A stretch of DNA of 64,000 nt, taken from assembly GCA_964592405.1 (NCBI GenBank), contig CAZQBY010000003.1, positions 20,329 to 84,328 of the forward strand. Reading direction: 5' to 3'. The notes under the pieces were generated by a model that was not told the DNA's origin, did no database searches, and saw only the letters and a program-made list of their open reading frames with translations. The translations under genes and the position numbers were made by a program. Shown one piece after another: positions 36,618 to 46,513 of this stretch (the first letter of the stretch is position 1; every line of letters starts with the position of its first letter). This DNA comes from an uncultured archaeon (GTDB lineage Archaea > Altiarchaeota > Altiarchaeia > JAFGQM01).

Positions 36618-38300
36618 ATGCATCAAAAGTTCATTGTATTGATATTTGTAGTTGTCTTTCTGACAAACTTGGCAACAGCAGACTCTCCTTGGAGGGTAAC
36701 AGAAATGAGGGCCAGAATAACATTTAGCGGAGAGGCTACCATCCAGAGAGAGGGCACCAATCCCAAGATCAACTGGGTTGAGGGCAGGTTTTATCTTGCC
36801 CCCCTTCACCTAAACGTCCAATCACCCAAGCTGGTGGGATATATGCCGGACGAGTACAGATTTGAGGAGGATGAGAACGGGAACAGATATGTGGTTTTCA
36901 GATGGGAAAACCCGACTGTGGACTCGCTCCCATATGCCATCGTTTGGGAGGTAGTGGTTAATGGATTCAATTATACAATAAACTCACTGGGTGACTTGGG
37001 CAGATATGCCGACAACCTAAAAAAGTATCTGGAACCCGATGAACTGACCCTTTGGACAGGATATATGAAATCCAAGGCAGATTCCATAATTCAGGGCTCA
37101 AGAAGCGTTGTGGAGGCCGCAAAGAGGTTATGTAATTGGGTGTCATCAGCACTGTCATATGATGATGCCTACTGGAAGATAACCGCTTCTGCACAGGAGG
37201 CATTCTCCCAGAGGAAAGGCACCTGCGATGAGTATGCCAATCTTTTCATAGCAATGTCCCGGAGTGTTGGCATACCAACCAGATATGTTGAGGGCCTTGT
37301 TTACAGTGGTGAAAGCTGGAACTATCATGCCTGGGCTGAGGTCTATGCCAGCGGGGCATGGATTCCGGTTGATCCAACCTACAATGAGATAGGCTTTCTT
37401 GACTCAACACACATAGCACTGGCAAAGGTGGTAAGTGATGAGGATGTTTACAACCGGATAAAATGGGCTGGTATTGGGGTAAGGGCAAGCTTTGGAAAGG
37501 ATGACAAACAAATAGAGATGACGACCGAATCCAGAGATATTCTAGAGATAAACCTGTCCGTACCGGAGAGCATTGTGGGGTCTGAGATCTTTGATGTTGT
37601 GGCGGAAATAACCAACACGCTGAACTCGTATGCTGTGGCGACGTGTGCGATAAATATGCCAGTTGAGATGATACTGCTGGATTATAAGGAGAAATCCGTA
37701 ATCCTTGAGCCGAGGGGTAAAGGGCGCCTCTCATGGAGGATTGCCTCACCCGGTAATTTGGACAGGAGATGGCTCCATAAGATGCCTGTCCAGATATACT
37801 GCTTCCCCAGTGGCTTTGTCAATAAGAGCATCATAATAGATCCGAGATACAGTAAGGAGATTGTGCGACAAGTCACAATATCTGATTTGGTAATTCTAAA
37901 CGGAAGTACAAGCATGGTTAGGGTCAGGAATGACGGAACTGGGGAGATAAGCAAACTAAATGTCGAACTTTGCCTTGAGAACAACAATTATACGTGCAAA
38001 ACCAATGTTGTCAGGGGACTTGAACCCGGCGGAACCGCTGAGGTTTTCTTTGAGATTGAGGTGGGGGACGGTGACACTGTATCGGTCACTGTTGAATCGG
38101 ATGAACTCGGGGCTGTGCACAGTAAGACTACTGTCTCCGGGCTGGAGAAGGCAACAAAGAAACAGGAGGAAACAAAGCCGCCTGTGGTACTAAAATCCAT
38201 GGAGGCTCGGAAGGAGGAATGGGTTATTATTGTATTGGTAGTTATCATACTTGCCGCCATAATGTCTGCAGTTGCAGCCAGCATTATCAGGAGGGATTAA
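36618..38300 (+). CDS. secreted, membrane-anchored transglutaminase-like protein
   Basis: Signal peptide from MHQKF; Cys-His-Asp triad GTCDEYA, YHAWAE, VDPT; Ig-like domains; C-terminal TM. Confidence 0.85.
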   Translation: MHQKFIVLIFVVVFLTNLATADSPWRVTEMRARITFSGEATIQREGTNPKINWVEGRFYLAPLHLNVQSPKLVGYMPDEYRFEEDENGNRYVVFRWENPTVDSLPYAIVWEVVVNGFNYTINSLGDLGRYADNLKKYLEPDELTLWTGYMKSKADSIIQGSRSVVEAAKRLCNWVSSALSYDDAYWKITASAQEAFSQRKGTCDEYANLFIAMSRSVGIPTRYVEGLVYSGESWNYHAWAEVYASGAWIPVDPTYNEIGFLDSTHIALAKVVSDEDVYNRIKWAGIGVRASFGKDDKQIEMTTESRDILEINLSVPESIVGSEIFDVVAEITNTLNSYAVATCAINMPVEMILLDYKEKSVILEPRGKGRLSWRIASPGNLDRRWLHKMPVQIYCFPSGFVNKSIIIDPRYSKEIVRQVTISDLVILNGSTSMVRVRNDGTGEISKLNVELCLENNNYTCKTNVVRGLEPGGTAEVFFEIEVGDGDTVSVTVESDELGAVHSKTTVSGLEKATKKQEETKPPVVLKSMEARKEEWVIIVLVVIILAAIMSAVAASIIRRD

Positions 38301-38334
38301 CTTTTTAAGATAAAATTTCTAACTAACCACTTCT

Positions 38335-38407
38335 GCGACCGTAGTCTAGCCTGGTATGACATCGGCTTGCCAAGCCGGTAGCCCGGGTTCAAATCCCGGC
38401 GGTCGCA
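38335..38407 (+). tRNA. tRNA-Gly(GCC), no intron
   Basis: Acceptor GCGACCG/CGGTCGC; anticodon GCC at 38369-38371 in TCGGC/GCCGG stem; T arm CCGGG TTCAAAT CCCGG; TTTTTAAG upstream at 38302. Confidence 0.95.
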
Positions 38408-38431
38408 CCTCGTTCTTCTTTCTGTAGGTTC

Positions 38432-38500
38432 AGTGCACCCGCCTTATGTCAAGGTCATTCGCAGAGAATTGGTGTCCGCCTCAACATCCTGGCGGCCGGA
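38432..38500 (+). repeat. tRNA-trailer hairpin unit B
   Basis: 38438-38495 matches 12054-12111 at 46/58 without gaps; 38486-38500 repeats the tRNA end 38393-38407 at 12/15. Confidence 0.85.
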
Positions 38501-38569
38501 TGTAGGTTTCTATGAGGTTGTGGAGACTGTGGGCTTTTATTCCCCTATGTTATAAAGGATTGGAGGAGA

Positions 38570-39379
38570 ATGGACAAGAGGTTGGTTTTTGCCGCGGCCC
38601 TGGTAATCACCATCACGCTTCTACTCTCATACAATCGGCCGGTTGAGGAGGCCACTTCCCCTATTGCTCCGACTACAACCGAGGATAACGAATCAGCGGG
38701 GACGGGCCCCATAAGGCTACCAGAGATTCAGGCTTATACCGACGCCAGACGGAGGATGGTGAAGAATCAACTGGAGGCCAGAGGCATAACCGATGAGAGG
38801 GTTCTGAAGGCCATGGAAAGCGTCCAGCGCCATGAGTTCGTCCCCGATTCGCAGAGGGGCTCGGCTTATGAAGACCATCCCCTTCCCATAGGGTACGGTC
38901 AGACAATATCCCAGCCCTACATAGTCGCCCTCATGACGCAGTCTCTGAACCTGTCGGGAGATGAGAAGGTCCTAGAGATAGGGACGGGCTCGGCCTATCA
39001 GGCAGCTGTTTTGGCCGAGATAGTGGATGAAGTCTACACTATAGAGATAATCGATGCTCTGGCGGAGAGGGCCAAGGATACGCTGCGCAGGTTGGGATAC
39101 GACAATGTCAGGGTGAAGAACGCGGATGGATACTATGGATGGGAGGAGCACGCCCCCTTTGACGCGATAATCATAACCGCTGCAGCCACCCACGTGCCCC
39201 CGCCACTGCTGGAGCAGCTCAAGGAGGGCGGCCTGCTGATAATACCCTTGGGAAGCCAGAGATACTACCAGACTCTGACGCTGATGAAAAAGGTCGGGGA
39301 AGAGGTGGAAACCACATATATAACCGGCGTGAGGTTCGTGCCTATGACCGGGAGGGTGATGGGTGAGCAGCCAGCCTAA
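38570..39379 (+). CDS. pcm: protein-L-isoaspartate O-methyltransferase with N-terminal signal/anchor
   Basis: [38 protein letters not shown]. Confidence 0.92.
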   Translation: MDKRLVFAAALVITITLLLSYNRPVEEATSPIAPTTTEDNESAGTGPIRLPEIQAYTDARRRMVKNQLEARGITDERVLKAMESVQRHEFVPDSQRGSAYEDHPLPIGYGQTISQPYIVALMTQSLNLSGDEKVLEIGTGSAYQAAVLAEIVDEVYTIEIIDALAERAKDTLRRLGYDNVRVKNADGYYGWEEHAPFDAIIITAAATHVPPPLLEQLKEGGLLIIPLGSQRYYQTLTLMKKVGEEVETTYITGVRFVPMTGRVMGEQPA

Positions 39380-41639
39380 GGGACATGACAAGTGCGATTA
39401 GATATGCCAGTGAGGCAAGCAGAAAAACGGCGGTTATGCCAATCGATATGGCGACCAGAGCCCCTATGATGGAGCCTAGGACAGACGCGCACCCGTTGGC
39501 TGCCCAAGACCAGGGTATCAGGCTTTTGTTTATACTGTCCGCCATCCTTACTCCTACAGGGAAGGGCACCCCCAGCAAAAGGCCTATTGGGACAAGGAGG
39601 AGGAACGCTGCGACTGCGCGCAGCATTATGTCACCGCCCGGGTTCATGGCGAACAACATAGGGTAGAAGGGGATCAAGACCGCTATGCTCACGAGCACCA
39701 CCTTAATTCTACCGGCCTTCATCCTCTTGGACATTATGGAGCCGAGACCTGAGAAGAAGAGGATGGAGGAGAGTACTAGGGAGAAGGAATAGACGGGATG
39801 CCCCAGCCAGAGGGTCAGCCTCTGTATGGAGGCCATCTCGAACATCATGAAGCCCAGACCTATGGAGAAGAAATATGCTATCATGAACCATTTTCCGCGC
39901 ACCTTATCCTTTATCTTCCTGAGAGACAGCACTGGGAGGAGTATGAAGACAGCCGAGAGGATGAGAGCCTGCGCCAAGACGAAGAATATGACGAACCCGC
40001 CCTCGAAGAAAGGCTCCCATTTCTTTCCCATGCTTTCATACAGCTCTCCTATCTTATCCCACCGGAAGAAGTTGGAGAAAAATGGTTTGTCATCGGTGGT
40101 CGGTGAAACGTCAAATAGGTAGTCCCAGTTGCCGGCTAGGACCGCGGAAACGGCTTTGTGATACAGCGGCTCGGGGAATTTGTTATGGATGTTGACCTCG
40201 GACTGCTCTATGCCAGGGTAATAGACCAAGTCGTAGTTTCTCTCCTTACAGAACTCTTTTATGGTCTTTATGTCCTCATCAGTGAGCTTCTCCTTCCTCA
40301 CCAGTACTGTGCTTGTTACATAAGTGCGTATCACGGCTATGTGCTCCTTTGGGTCTTCCATGGCGCTCGAGGCTATCGCGACAATCCTGAGGAGCTCCCT
40401 CGGTGGGTTCTGTAGCCATCGAGTCACCGCCAAGAAGCCATCGTCGGAGAGATGGCTTAGATATTTCCTGAACCCCTCGACCGTGAAGATATAGTTCTCG
40501 GACATACCATATACGCCCAAGGAAGAAGACCCCACGCTCCCTGAAAGCGGAAGGACAATCAAATCGTATTCTTCTCCTGGCAGGTCTCTGGGACCGCCTA
40601 TGACAACAGGGACTCCATCATACAGGTCCGAATGCCTCCGTACCGCTTCGGCCACCAAGGGATTTGATTCAAGGACCTCAGGGGAAGCGCCGTTCTCCAA
40701 GGCGACTAAGACCTCCAGACCCCCTCCCGGATTTATAATCAGCGTCCTCCCCATGGATAGCTTATAGGGCAGGGAAAGGGGCAGGTAATCCGTGAAGCCG
40801 TCTCCCGAAGGCAGCGCGCTCAGCGAGTCGCCGTCCATGGTTATGCCCAGCTGGGGCGGGATTTCACCGCGGTATCCCAGGCTCAGCCCGGGCGCCATCC
40901 GGACCCCGGGAGAGTCCACCACATCAACCCTCGACTGGACGTTCCAGGCGGTCTCTACGATGCGCGCGCCCTCGTAGTTCAGCAGCTGGTTCAGGCTCTT
41001 GTAGGGCGAGATGCTTATGGCCGGCGGGGAGAGGAGAACCAATACCAAGAGAACAGCCCAGACGCCTGATGCGATTCTGACACGAGCGGTGCGCGCAAAG
41101 GCCGGTAGTGAAGCTGCGCCCATGGCAGCCGTGGCGAATATCGTGCCCGACTCGGGAAGGACGGACATCAGCAAGAGAGCCACACCCGCCCCCAGACCGG
41201 AGCCAGCCAAGCTCGAGAAGTATATAGTATTGACCCTCTCGCTCATCCTAGTTATGGCCAGAGCGATGACAGAACCGGCGAAGAGGAAGGGAAGCGACCA
41301 GAGCACGTAATACACGGCCAAGCGCAGCAGCTGCGTCGAGTCCCACATCAATTGGTAGGGGTCGAAGGGCATGGGGTTTGTAATCAGGAAAGAGGCTACA
41401 ATTGATATGGAGAAGATGGCTGAGAGGGTTGACATCGTCTTGTCCACGTCCCCTTTCAGCAGTCTCGGGAAAACTGAGAGGAGCGCCCCGGAGGCAGCGA
41501 AACCGAAGAGGGCTATGCTGATGACCATGAATGCGAAGTGATGCCACTGGGCTATTGAGAAAAGCCGTGTGAGGCTTATCTCCAGGACCAACGAGGAGAG
41601 TGAAATCAGGAAAACCCCCACATATAGTCGTCTGGCCAT
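39342..41639 (-). CDS. multi-pass membrane protein with central spermidine-synthase-like SAM-binding domain
   Basis: About 7 TM + soluble domain ([29 protein letters not shown]) + about 6 TM ([13 protein letters not shown]); start placed at MARRLY. Confidence 0.8.
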   Translation of the reverse strand: MARRLYVGVFLISLSSLVLEISLTRLFSIAQWHHFAFMVISIALFGFAASGALLSVFPRLLKGDVDKTMSTLSAIFSISIVASFLITNPMPFDPYQLMWDSTQLLRLAVYYVLWSLPFLFAGSVIALAITRMSERVNTIYFSSLAGSGLGAGVALLLMSVLPESGTIFATAAMGAASLPAFARTARVRIASGVWAVLLVLVLLSPPAISISPYKSLNQLLNYEGARIVETAWNVQSRVDVVDSPGVRMAPGLSLGYRGEIPPQLGITMDGDSLSALPSGDGFTDYLPLSLPYKLSMGRTLIINPGGGLEVLVALENGASPEVLESNPLVAEAVRRHSDLYDGVPVVIGGPRDLPGEEYDLIVLPLSGSVGSSSLGVYGMSENYIFTVEGFRKYLSHLSDDGFLAVTRWLQNPPRELLRIVAIASSAMEDPKEHIAVIRTYVTSTVLVRKEKLTDEDIKTIKEFCKERNYDLVYYPGIEQSEVNIHNKFPEPLYHKAVSAVLAGNWDYLFDVSPTTDDKPFFSNFFRWDKIGELYESMGKKWEPFFEGGFVIFFVLAQALILSAVFILLPVLSLRKIKDKVRGKWFMIAYFFSIGLGFMMFEMASIQRLTLWLGHPVYSFSLVLSSILFFSGLGSIMSKRMKAGRIKVVLVSIAVLIPFYPMLFAMNPGGDIMLRAVAAFLLLVPIGLLLGVPFPVGVRMADSINKSLIPWSWAANGCASVLGSIIGALVAISIGITAVFLLASLAYLIALVMSLRLAAHPSPSRS

Positions 41640-41711
41640 TGATATTTTAGCAGCTGGGAGGATTTTAATAGAAAATTTTAAAACCCCGCCCATTACTATC
41701 ACGCATTTTCA

Positions 41712-41823
41712 ACGCCAAAATGGAACCCGCGAACCAATCTAATCCGGAGGGCGGCCAGTGCGACCTGCGTGGCGACGGGCAATGGCTTCCTATGCAGACG
41801 GATAGTCACATAGACTGGCGGCT
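41712..41823 (+). ncRNA. candidate structured small RNA
   Basis: GC-rich intergenic segment between BRE/TATA-like GAAAATTTTAAAA (41671-41683) and a pyrimidine tract; nested stems GCCAGT/ACTGGC and CTGCGTGG/CTATGCAG. Confidence 0.35.
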
Positions 41824-41872
41824 ATTTTTCTCTTTCCTTTCCTTTTTTACTCTCATTAGTTCTAACTAGGAT

Positions 41873-42889
41873 ATGAAGGAAGCCTTGCTCTGGAAGAAAG
41901 AGAAGGACAAAATCCGCTGCTCCCTCTGCAACCACCGCTGCCTTATAGCAGAGGGCAGGAGGGGCGCGTGCGCAGTGCGCGAGAACCGGGAGGGAAGGCT
42001 CTACTCGCTCGTCTACGGGAAGCTGGTCGCCGTCCACATAGACCCCATAGAAAAGAAGCCGTTGTACCACTTTTATCCGGGTCATGCCTCATTCTCCATA
42101 GCCTCCGTGGGCTGCAACTTCCGCTGTTTGTTCTGCCAGAACGCGGATATCGCTCAGCTGCCCCATGACCACGGGGGGCTGATAGCAGGTAAGGACTACA
42201 AGGCGGAGCAGATAGTCGGCGAGGCGCGCGAGAACAGCTGCCTCAGCATCGCCTACACCTACACGGAGCCCACGGTTTGGTATGAGTTCACAAAAGACTG
42301 CGGCAGGCTTGCGCGGAAGAAGGGCCTCAAGAACGTCTATGTTTCAAACGGCTATATGACAAGGGAGATGATAGATGACGCTAAGTTCATAGATGCAGCA
42401 AACATAGACCTCAAGGCGTTCAATGACAACTTCTACAGAGAGATCTGCGGAGCGCGGCTGGAGCCGGTGCTGGAGAGTCTGAAGTATCTAAAGAAGAAGG
42501 GTGTATGGATAGAGGTCACCACGCTCGTGATACCCGGTAAGAACGACTCTGATGATGAGCTAAAGCAGGCGGCACAGTTCATCGCAGATGAGCTTGGAAA
42601 GGAGACGCCCTGGCACCTATCAGCCTTCCACCCAGACTACAAGATGCTGGATGTCCCGCCGACACCACTGGAGACACTGATGCGCGCATATGGTATAGGA
42701 AAGGAAGCAGGATTGAGGTATATCTACATCGGTAACATCGATAGTGAGACAGGACGCGACACCATATGTCCAAACTGTGGAGAGGTGGTGGTGAGGCGGG
42801 GATGGATGGAGGTGCTGGAGAACCGTCTTCAGGGCAGGAAACCGGGACAGTGCCCCAACTGCGGGAAGCTGGTGGCCGGGTGGTTCTAG
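41873..42889 (+). CDS. AmmeMemoRadiSam system radical SAM enzyme
   Basis: N-terminal CxxCxxxC...CxVR, DPIEKKPLYHF, GCNFRCLFCQN, YTYTEP, FHPDY, YIYIGN, C-terminal CPNCG twice. Confidence 0.92.
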   Translation: MKEALLWKKEKDKIRCSLCNHRCLIAEGRRGACAVRENREGRLYSLVYGKLVAVHIDPIEKKPLYHFYPGHASFSIASVGCNFRCLFCQNADIAQLPHDHGGLIAGKDYKAEQIVGEARENSCLSIAYTYTEPTVWYEFTKDCGRLARKKGLKNVYVSNGYMTREMIDDAKFIDAANIDLKAFNDNFYREICGARLEPVLESLKYLKKKGVWIEVTTLVIPGKNDSDDELKQAAQFIADELGKETPWHLSAFHPDYKMLDVPPTPLETLMRAYGIGKEAGLRYIYIGNIDSETGRDTICPNCGEVVVRRGWMEVLENRLQGRKPGQCPNCGKLVAGWF

Positions 42890-42920
42890 CGGTTTTTATA
42901 CCAATTGTTTCTAAATAACC

Positions 42921-43037
42921 GACCAACGGCCATAGCGGGGTGGTCACACCTGGTCTCATCTCGAACCCAGAAGTTAAGAACCCCAGCGATCCGGCCGGTA
43001 CTGCGCAACGCGTGGGAAATCCGGGACGCTGTTGGTC
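42921..43037 (+). rRNA. rrf: 5S rRNA (stand-alone)
   Basis: Terminal stem GACCAACGGC/GCTGTTGGTC, CCATAGCG, TCTCGAACCCAGAAGTTAAG, GTACTG..GTGGGAA; TTTTTATA at 42893-42900. Confidence 0.95.
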
Positions 43038-43335
43038 ACTTCATTCTTTCTTCCAAAGAAAACGAAGGATTTGTCTTTGGTGAACTTATGTGTTTTGCCT
43101 TTGTTAGGTTTGCAGGCTGATTAAAACGGCCCGATCCCTCCCAACAGGTTTTTATTGCTGGATACATGAATATTCTGTGGCCTATTTGGCTTTGTAATGA
43201 GGCGAGCGCGCATGAGACACCGGCCAGAACCGTATAGATAATCGCATACAGCACAGTTCATGCCTCGGCCAGAGCCCAAGCAGACCCATTGGAAACCCCG
43301 CGCTCAACAAATAATAAAAGGAGGTTTGTCTCCCG

Positions 43336-44589
43336 ATGACAAAAAAGGGCATGCAGAACAGTATGCTGCACAAGTTGATTGCTTCACCAAAGGAGAGGAT
43401 GTCAGTTTTCAGGGAGATGCCTCCAAACACCCAGGGATTTATACTTCTGAATCTGTCAAAACACATCCGATCCGAGATACTTAGCAAATTGAAAGATCAG
43501 GAGGTAATAGATCTGCTGCATTATCTGGATCCGGACGAAGCGACTGATCTGTTACAGAACATTCCGCCCCGCAGGAGAAAAAAAATCATAAAAAGACTAA
43601 GCAGGGACATAAGGGAGAAAGTGGAATTCCTTCTTAGGTTTGATCCGAGAACTGCAGCAGGCATAATGAGTCTGAGCTATATTGAGGTCGATAAAGATAG
43701 CACATTTGAGGAGATTTCCAGAGCCCTCCAAATTCATGAAAAGAAAACCGGAAAATTTCCGGCCATACTTGTTGTTGAAAATGGTCTTTTGATTGGAGAA
43801 CTGCCGGGACATGCCCTTGCATTGCATAAGGGCAGGGAAAAAATCCATAAGCATATCAGAAAGGTACCACATATCCGTTACGACAGAAAAGAAAATGAGG
43901 TTGTAGAAACGTTCAAGAAACATCCTCACAACAAGATTGTGGTCCTAGACAAAGACGGCAGTATTTTGGGTGTTATCTATTCCGATGATATCTTGGAGCT
44001 CATTCAGAGACAGTCCCTAAACAATCTTCGTGATTTCGCTGGTGTTAGCAGAGAGGAGGATGTGCTTGATTCTGCCTTAACAAAAGTAAAAAACAGATAC
44101 AAATGGTTGATTATTAATCTTGGCACAGCATTTCTGGCCGCATCGGTTGTTGCACTCTTTCAGGAGACACTCTCCGCATTTGTTTTGCTGGCAGTTTACA
44201 TGCCCATAGTGGCCGGCATGGGCGGGAATGCCGGAACGCAGACCTTGGCAGTTGTTGTCAGGGGCATGGCACTAAAAGAAATCGAGCTAAAGACAGGCAA
44301 GAGGGTTATCACCAACGAAGTGCTGGCGGGAGCGGTTAATGGAGTCATAAACGGAGCCCTAGTTGCGACAGTGGCAGTATTATGGAACGGAAGCCCGTTA
44401 CTCGGCTTAATTATTGGAATGGCAATGATTATCAACCTCATAATTGCAGGTTTCTTTGGAGCCATTATCCCGCTGGTAATGAAACGTCTTGGAAAAGATC
44501 CGGCTTCTTCGGCCACTATCTTTATAACGACAGCCACAGATGTTCTCGGGTTTCTTGCATTTCTGGGATTGGCAAGCGTCATGTTATGA
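43336..44589 (+). CDS. mgtE: magnesium transporter MgtE
   Basis: N domain LDPDEATDLL, TAAGIM, CBS pair, PIVAGMGGNAGTQ, DPA.SA..FITTATD. Confidence 0.93.
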   Translation: MTKKGMQNSMLHKLIASPKERMSVFREMPPNTQGFILLNLSKHIRSEILSKLKDQEVIDLLHYLDPDEATDLLQNIPPRRRKKIIKRLSRDIREKVEFLLRFDPRTAAGIMSLSYIEVDKDSTFEEISRALQIHEKKTGKFPAILVVENGLLIGELPGHALALHKGREKIHKHIRKVPHIRYDRKENEVVETFKKHPHNKIVVLDKDGSILGVIYSDDILELIQRQSLNNLRDFAGVSREEDVLDSALTKVKNRYKWLIINLGTAFLAASVVALFQETLSAFVLLAVYMPIVAGMGGNAGTQTLAVVVRGMALKEIELKTGKRVITNEVLAGAVNGVINGALVATVAVLWNGSPLLGLIIGMAMIINLIIAGFFGAIIPLVMKRLGKDPASSATIFITTATDVLGFLAFLGLASVML

Positions 44590-44748
44590 GGAATAGTGAG
44601 ATTGGTGCTTGTCAGAACGGTATATATGATAAAATTGGATAATATGATAAAATCAAAAAGACGAAGTGACTAAACAACTATGCTGATCATTCTGCCTCTC
44701 CCCCTGCTTTGGGGTAAGTGCAGCCTTTGAAGGGACTTGGAAGAAGAA

Positions 44749-46266
44749 CTAGACTTCTTCGACCCTCTGGCCTTCATCCCTGACCTCGACAAGTCTCTTT
44801 CCCTTCCTGCGGGCGTAGAACAAACCAACGGCTACGATTATAATCAGGAGTATGCCTATGAATGGGGCAGAATACTCATCAAAAAATGACTTTTGAGATG
44901 ATGTGGTAACAGGGGTAGTCCCCGACCGTGGCATGCCCTCCGGTGATATTGTTGCAGCAGCCATGACATCTATCTCCTTTTCATCGACAAGATCCTCTGG
45001 ATCTGTCGGGTTCTTGTAGATGACCTTCCACTTGCCGGCCTTGCCCTGAGCCACCTCGGCAGGGACTGTGACCCTTGATTCCTTGTGGATATGCTTGACC
45101 TCACCGGTTTCCTCATCAACAACATCTACATACACCTTCTCTACCGGCAGCTCAATGCGCTCCTCAGTTGGAAGCTCTATTTCAACCCTATTGCCCGTCG
45201 CTGGAATGGCTATAAGTCTGGCAGTCGCCGGATCAACACCCTCCGGCCAGAAGTCCCATATCCTGAATGAGAAGTCCTCCAGCTCGTTTGGCAGCTTTTC
45301 TGGTTTCTCGATAAGGGGTGGGGCCATCTGCCCAACACCACCTTCTCTGTGTCTGTCTCCCGGCGGGAGTATCGGACACGAACCACAATCACTGGGGCAG
45401 GTGACGCATGTCTCATCACCATTGCATTTGCCATCTCCACAGAAGTTTTCAAGCTGGCATGCGGGATCTTTCTCGCAGTCAGAATCAGCACAATCAATTC
45501 TCTGGTCGCCGTCATTGTCCACACCATCATCACAGTCAATAAGGATATGCTCATGGCAATCGATATCAGTCCGGTCAACGTCACCATCTCTGTCATCATC
45601 TCTGCCATTATCACAACAGAGTCCGTTCACGCCGCTGGGGCCGGGTGCCCCCTCATCCTCACCAAAGAACTTGAAACATGCAGGGTCTGGGCAGCAATCG
45701 GGGTCGTCGCAGTCTATGAGCTTGTCTTTGTCATTGTCAAGACCATCTTTGCACTCGGACTCGGGTGGGAAGCAACGCGGGTCCACAGGATCCAAGACCT
45801 CGAAATCGAATTCCTCTTTCGCATGGATGACGCCGTTTTTTATGAGTATATCTATTGTATACTCCCCACCTTCCTGGCATATAGGCAGCTTCCAGGCTAT
45901 CAATGCGTCTTGGGAGCACTCGTTGTCATGGTAGCCCCAGCAGAACTCGAAGGCTGAGACCCCCAGACTGTAGCCATCACAGTTCTTCTTGTGGACATCC
46001 CCATCCGTCCTGAGTTTCACAGTGCAGGAATGCTTTCCATCCGGCCCGTCTATGCTTATATCAGCCTCATAGGTCTTGCCAGGCTGGCTGTTCTCTATAG
46101 ATATTGCGAGCTGGGGGTAGTCATCATCACCAGGAGTAAAAGGGCCCGGAGTTTCTAAGTGCACGTCAGCATCAGCAGCCATGGACTGGGCCATAAAAAG
46201 AAAAAGACCCAAGAGGGCTGACGTCATCAAAATCAACCTTCGGCTTCGGGTTCTTTTCTCGGCCAT
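44749..46266 (-). CDS. secreted Cys/Asp-rich surface protein with C-terminal anchor
   Basis: Signal peptide; three CxDGxDxDxDxxxDxxDxDC repeats; CGDGKC..ETC..CP.DCG; C-terminal TM followed by RRK. Confidence 0.8.
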   Translation of the reverse strand: MAEKRTRSRRLILMTSALLGLFLFMAQSMAADADVHLETPGPFTPGDDDYPQLAISIENSQPGKTYEADISIDGPDGKHSCTVKLRTDGDVHKKNCDGYSLGVSAFEFCWGYHDNECSQDALIAWKLPICQEGGEYTIDILIKNGVIHAKEEFDFEVLDPVDPRCFPPESECKDGLDNDKDKLIDCDDPDCCPDPACFKFFGEDEGAPGPSGVNGLCCDNGRDDDRDGDVDRTDIDCHEHILIDCDDGVDNDGDQRIDCADSDCEKDPACQLENFCGDGKCNGDETCVTCPSDCGSCPILPPGDRHREGGVGQMAPPLIEKPEKLPNELEDFSFRIWDFWPEGVDPATARLIAIPATGNRVEIELPTEERIELPVEKVYVDVVDEETGEVKHIHKESRVTVPAEVAQGKAGKWKVIYKNPTDPEDLVDEKEIDVMAAATISPEGMPRSGTTPVTTSSQKSFFDEYSAPFIGILLIIIVAVGLFYARRKGKRLVEVRDEGQRVEEV

Positions 46267-46513
46267 CTTGTATACTGGTAATTATGTGCTTTAAGCTTAT
46301 AAATAGTGAATTTGTTCCAAGCATACTTGCAAGTACTGGTATGTGAACCGGCAACATGAAAGCTGTAGTTGGCAGTTACAGTTGGCAGTTACTATCCCCT
46401 CCTAAATACCTGTCAGACGGGCTAGTGGATCCTCTGGTTTGAGGTAGATTTGAGGTTAGTGAGGATCAAATAAAGATTTTTGCGTTATAAGTATAAATTA
46501 CAAGGGGTATCAA

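Noticed and set aside
42905-43120. 71-aa ORF
   Set aside because: It overlaps the 5S rRNA gene.
43040-43330. Possible gene remnant or trailer element after 5S rRNA (ORF 43036-43254, CGGCCAGA twice)
   Set aside because: No recognisable family motif, no copy of the tRNA-trailer core, and the repeat is too short.
44624-44653. Direct repeat ATATGATAAAAT twice
   Set aside because: AT-rich 12-mer between convergent genes; no promoter context and plausible by chance or slippage.
45068-45957. Long plus-strand ORFs (288 and 202 aa)
   Set aside because: Antisense shadows of the Asp/Cys-rich gene 44749-46266; the Ser-rich composition mirrors its codons.
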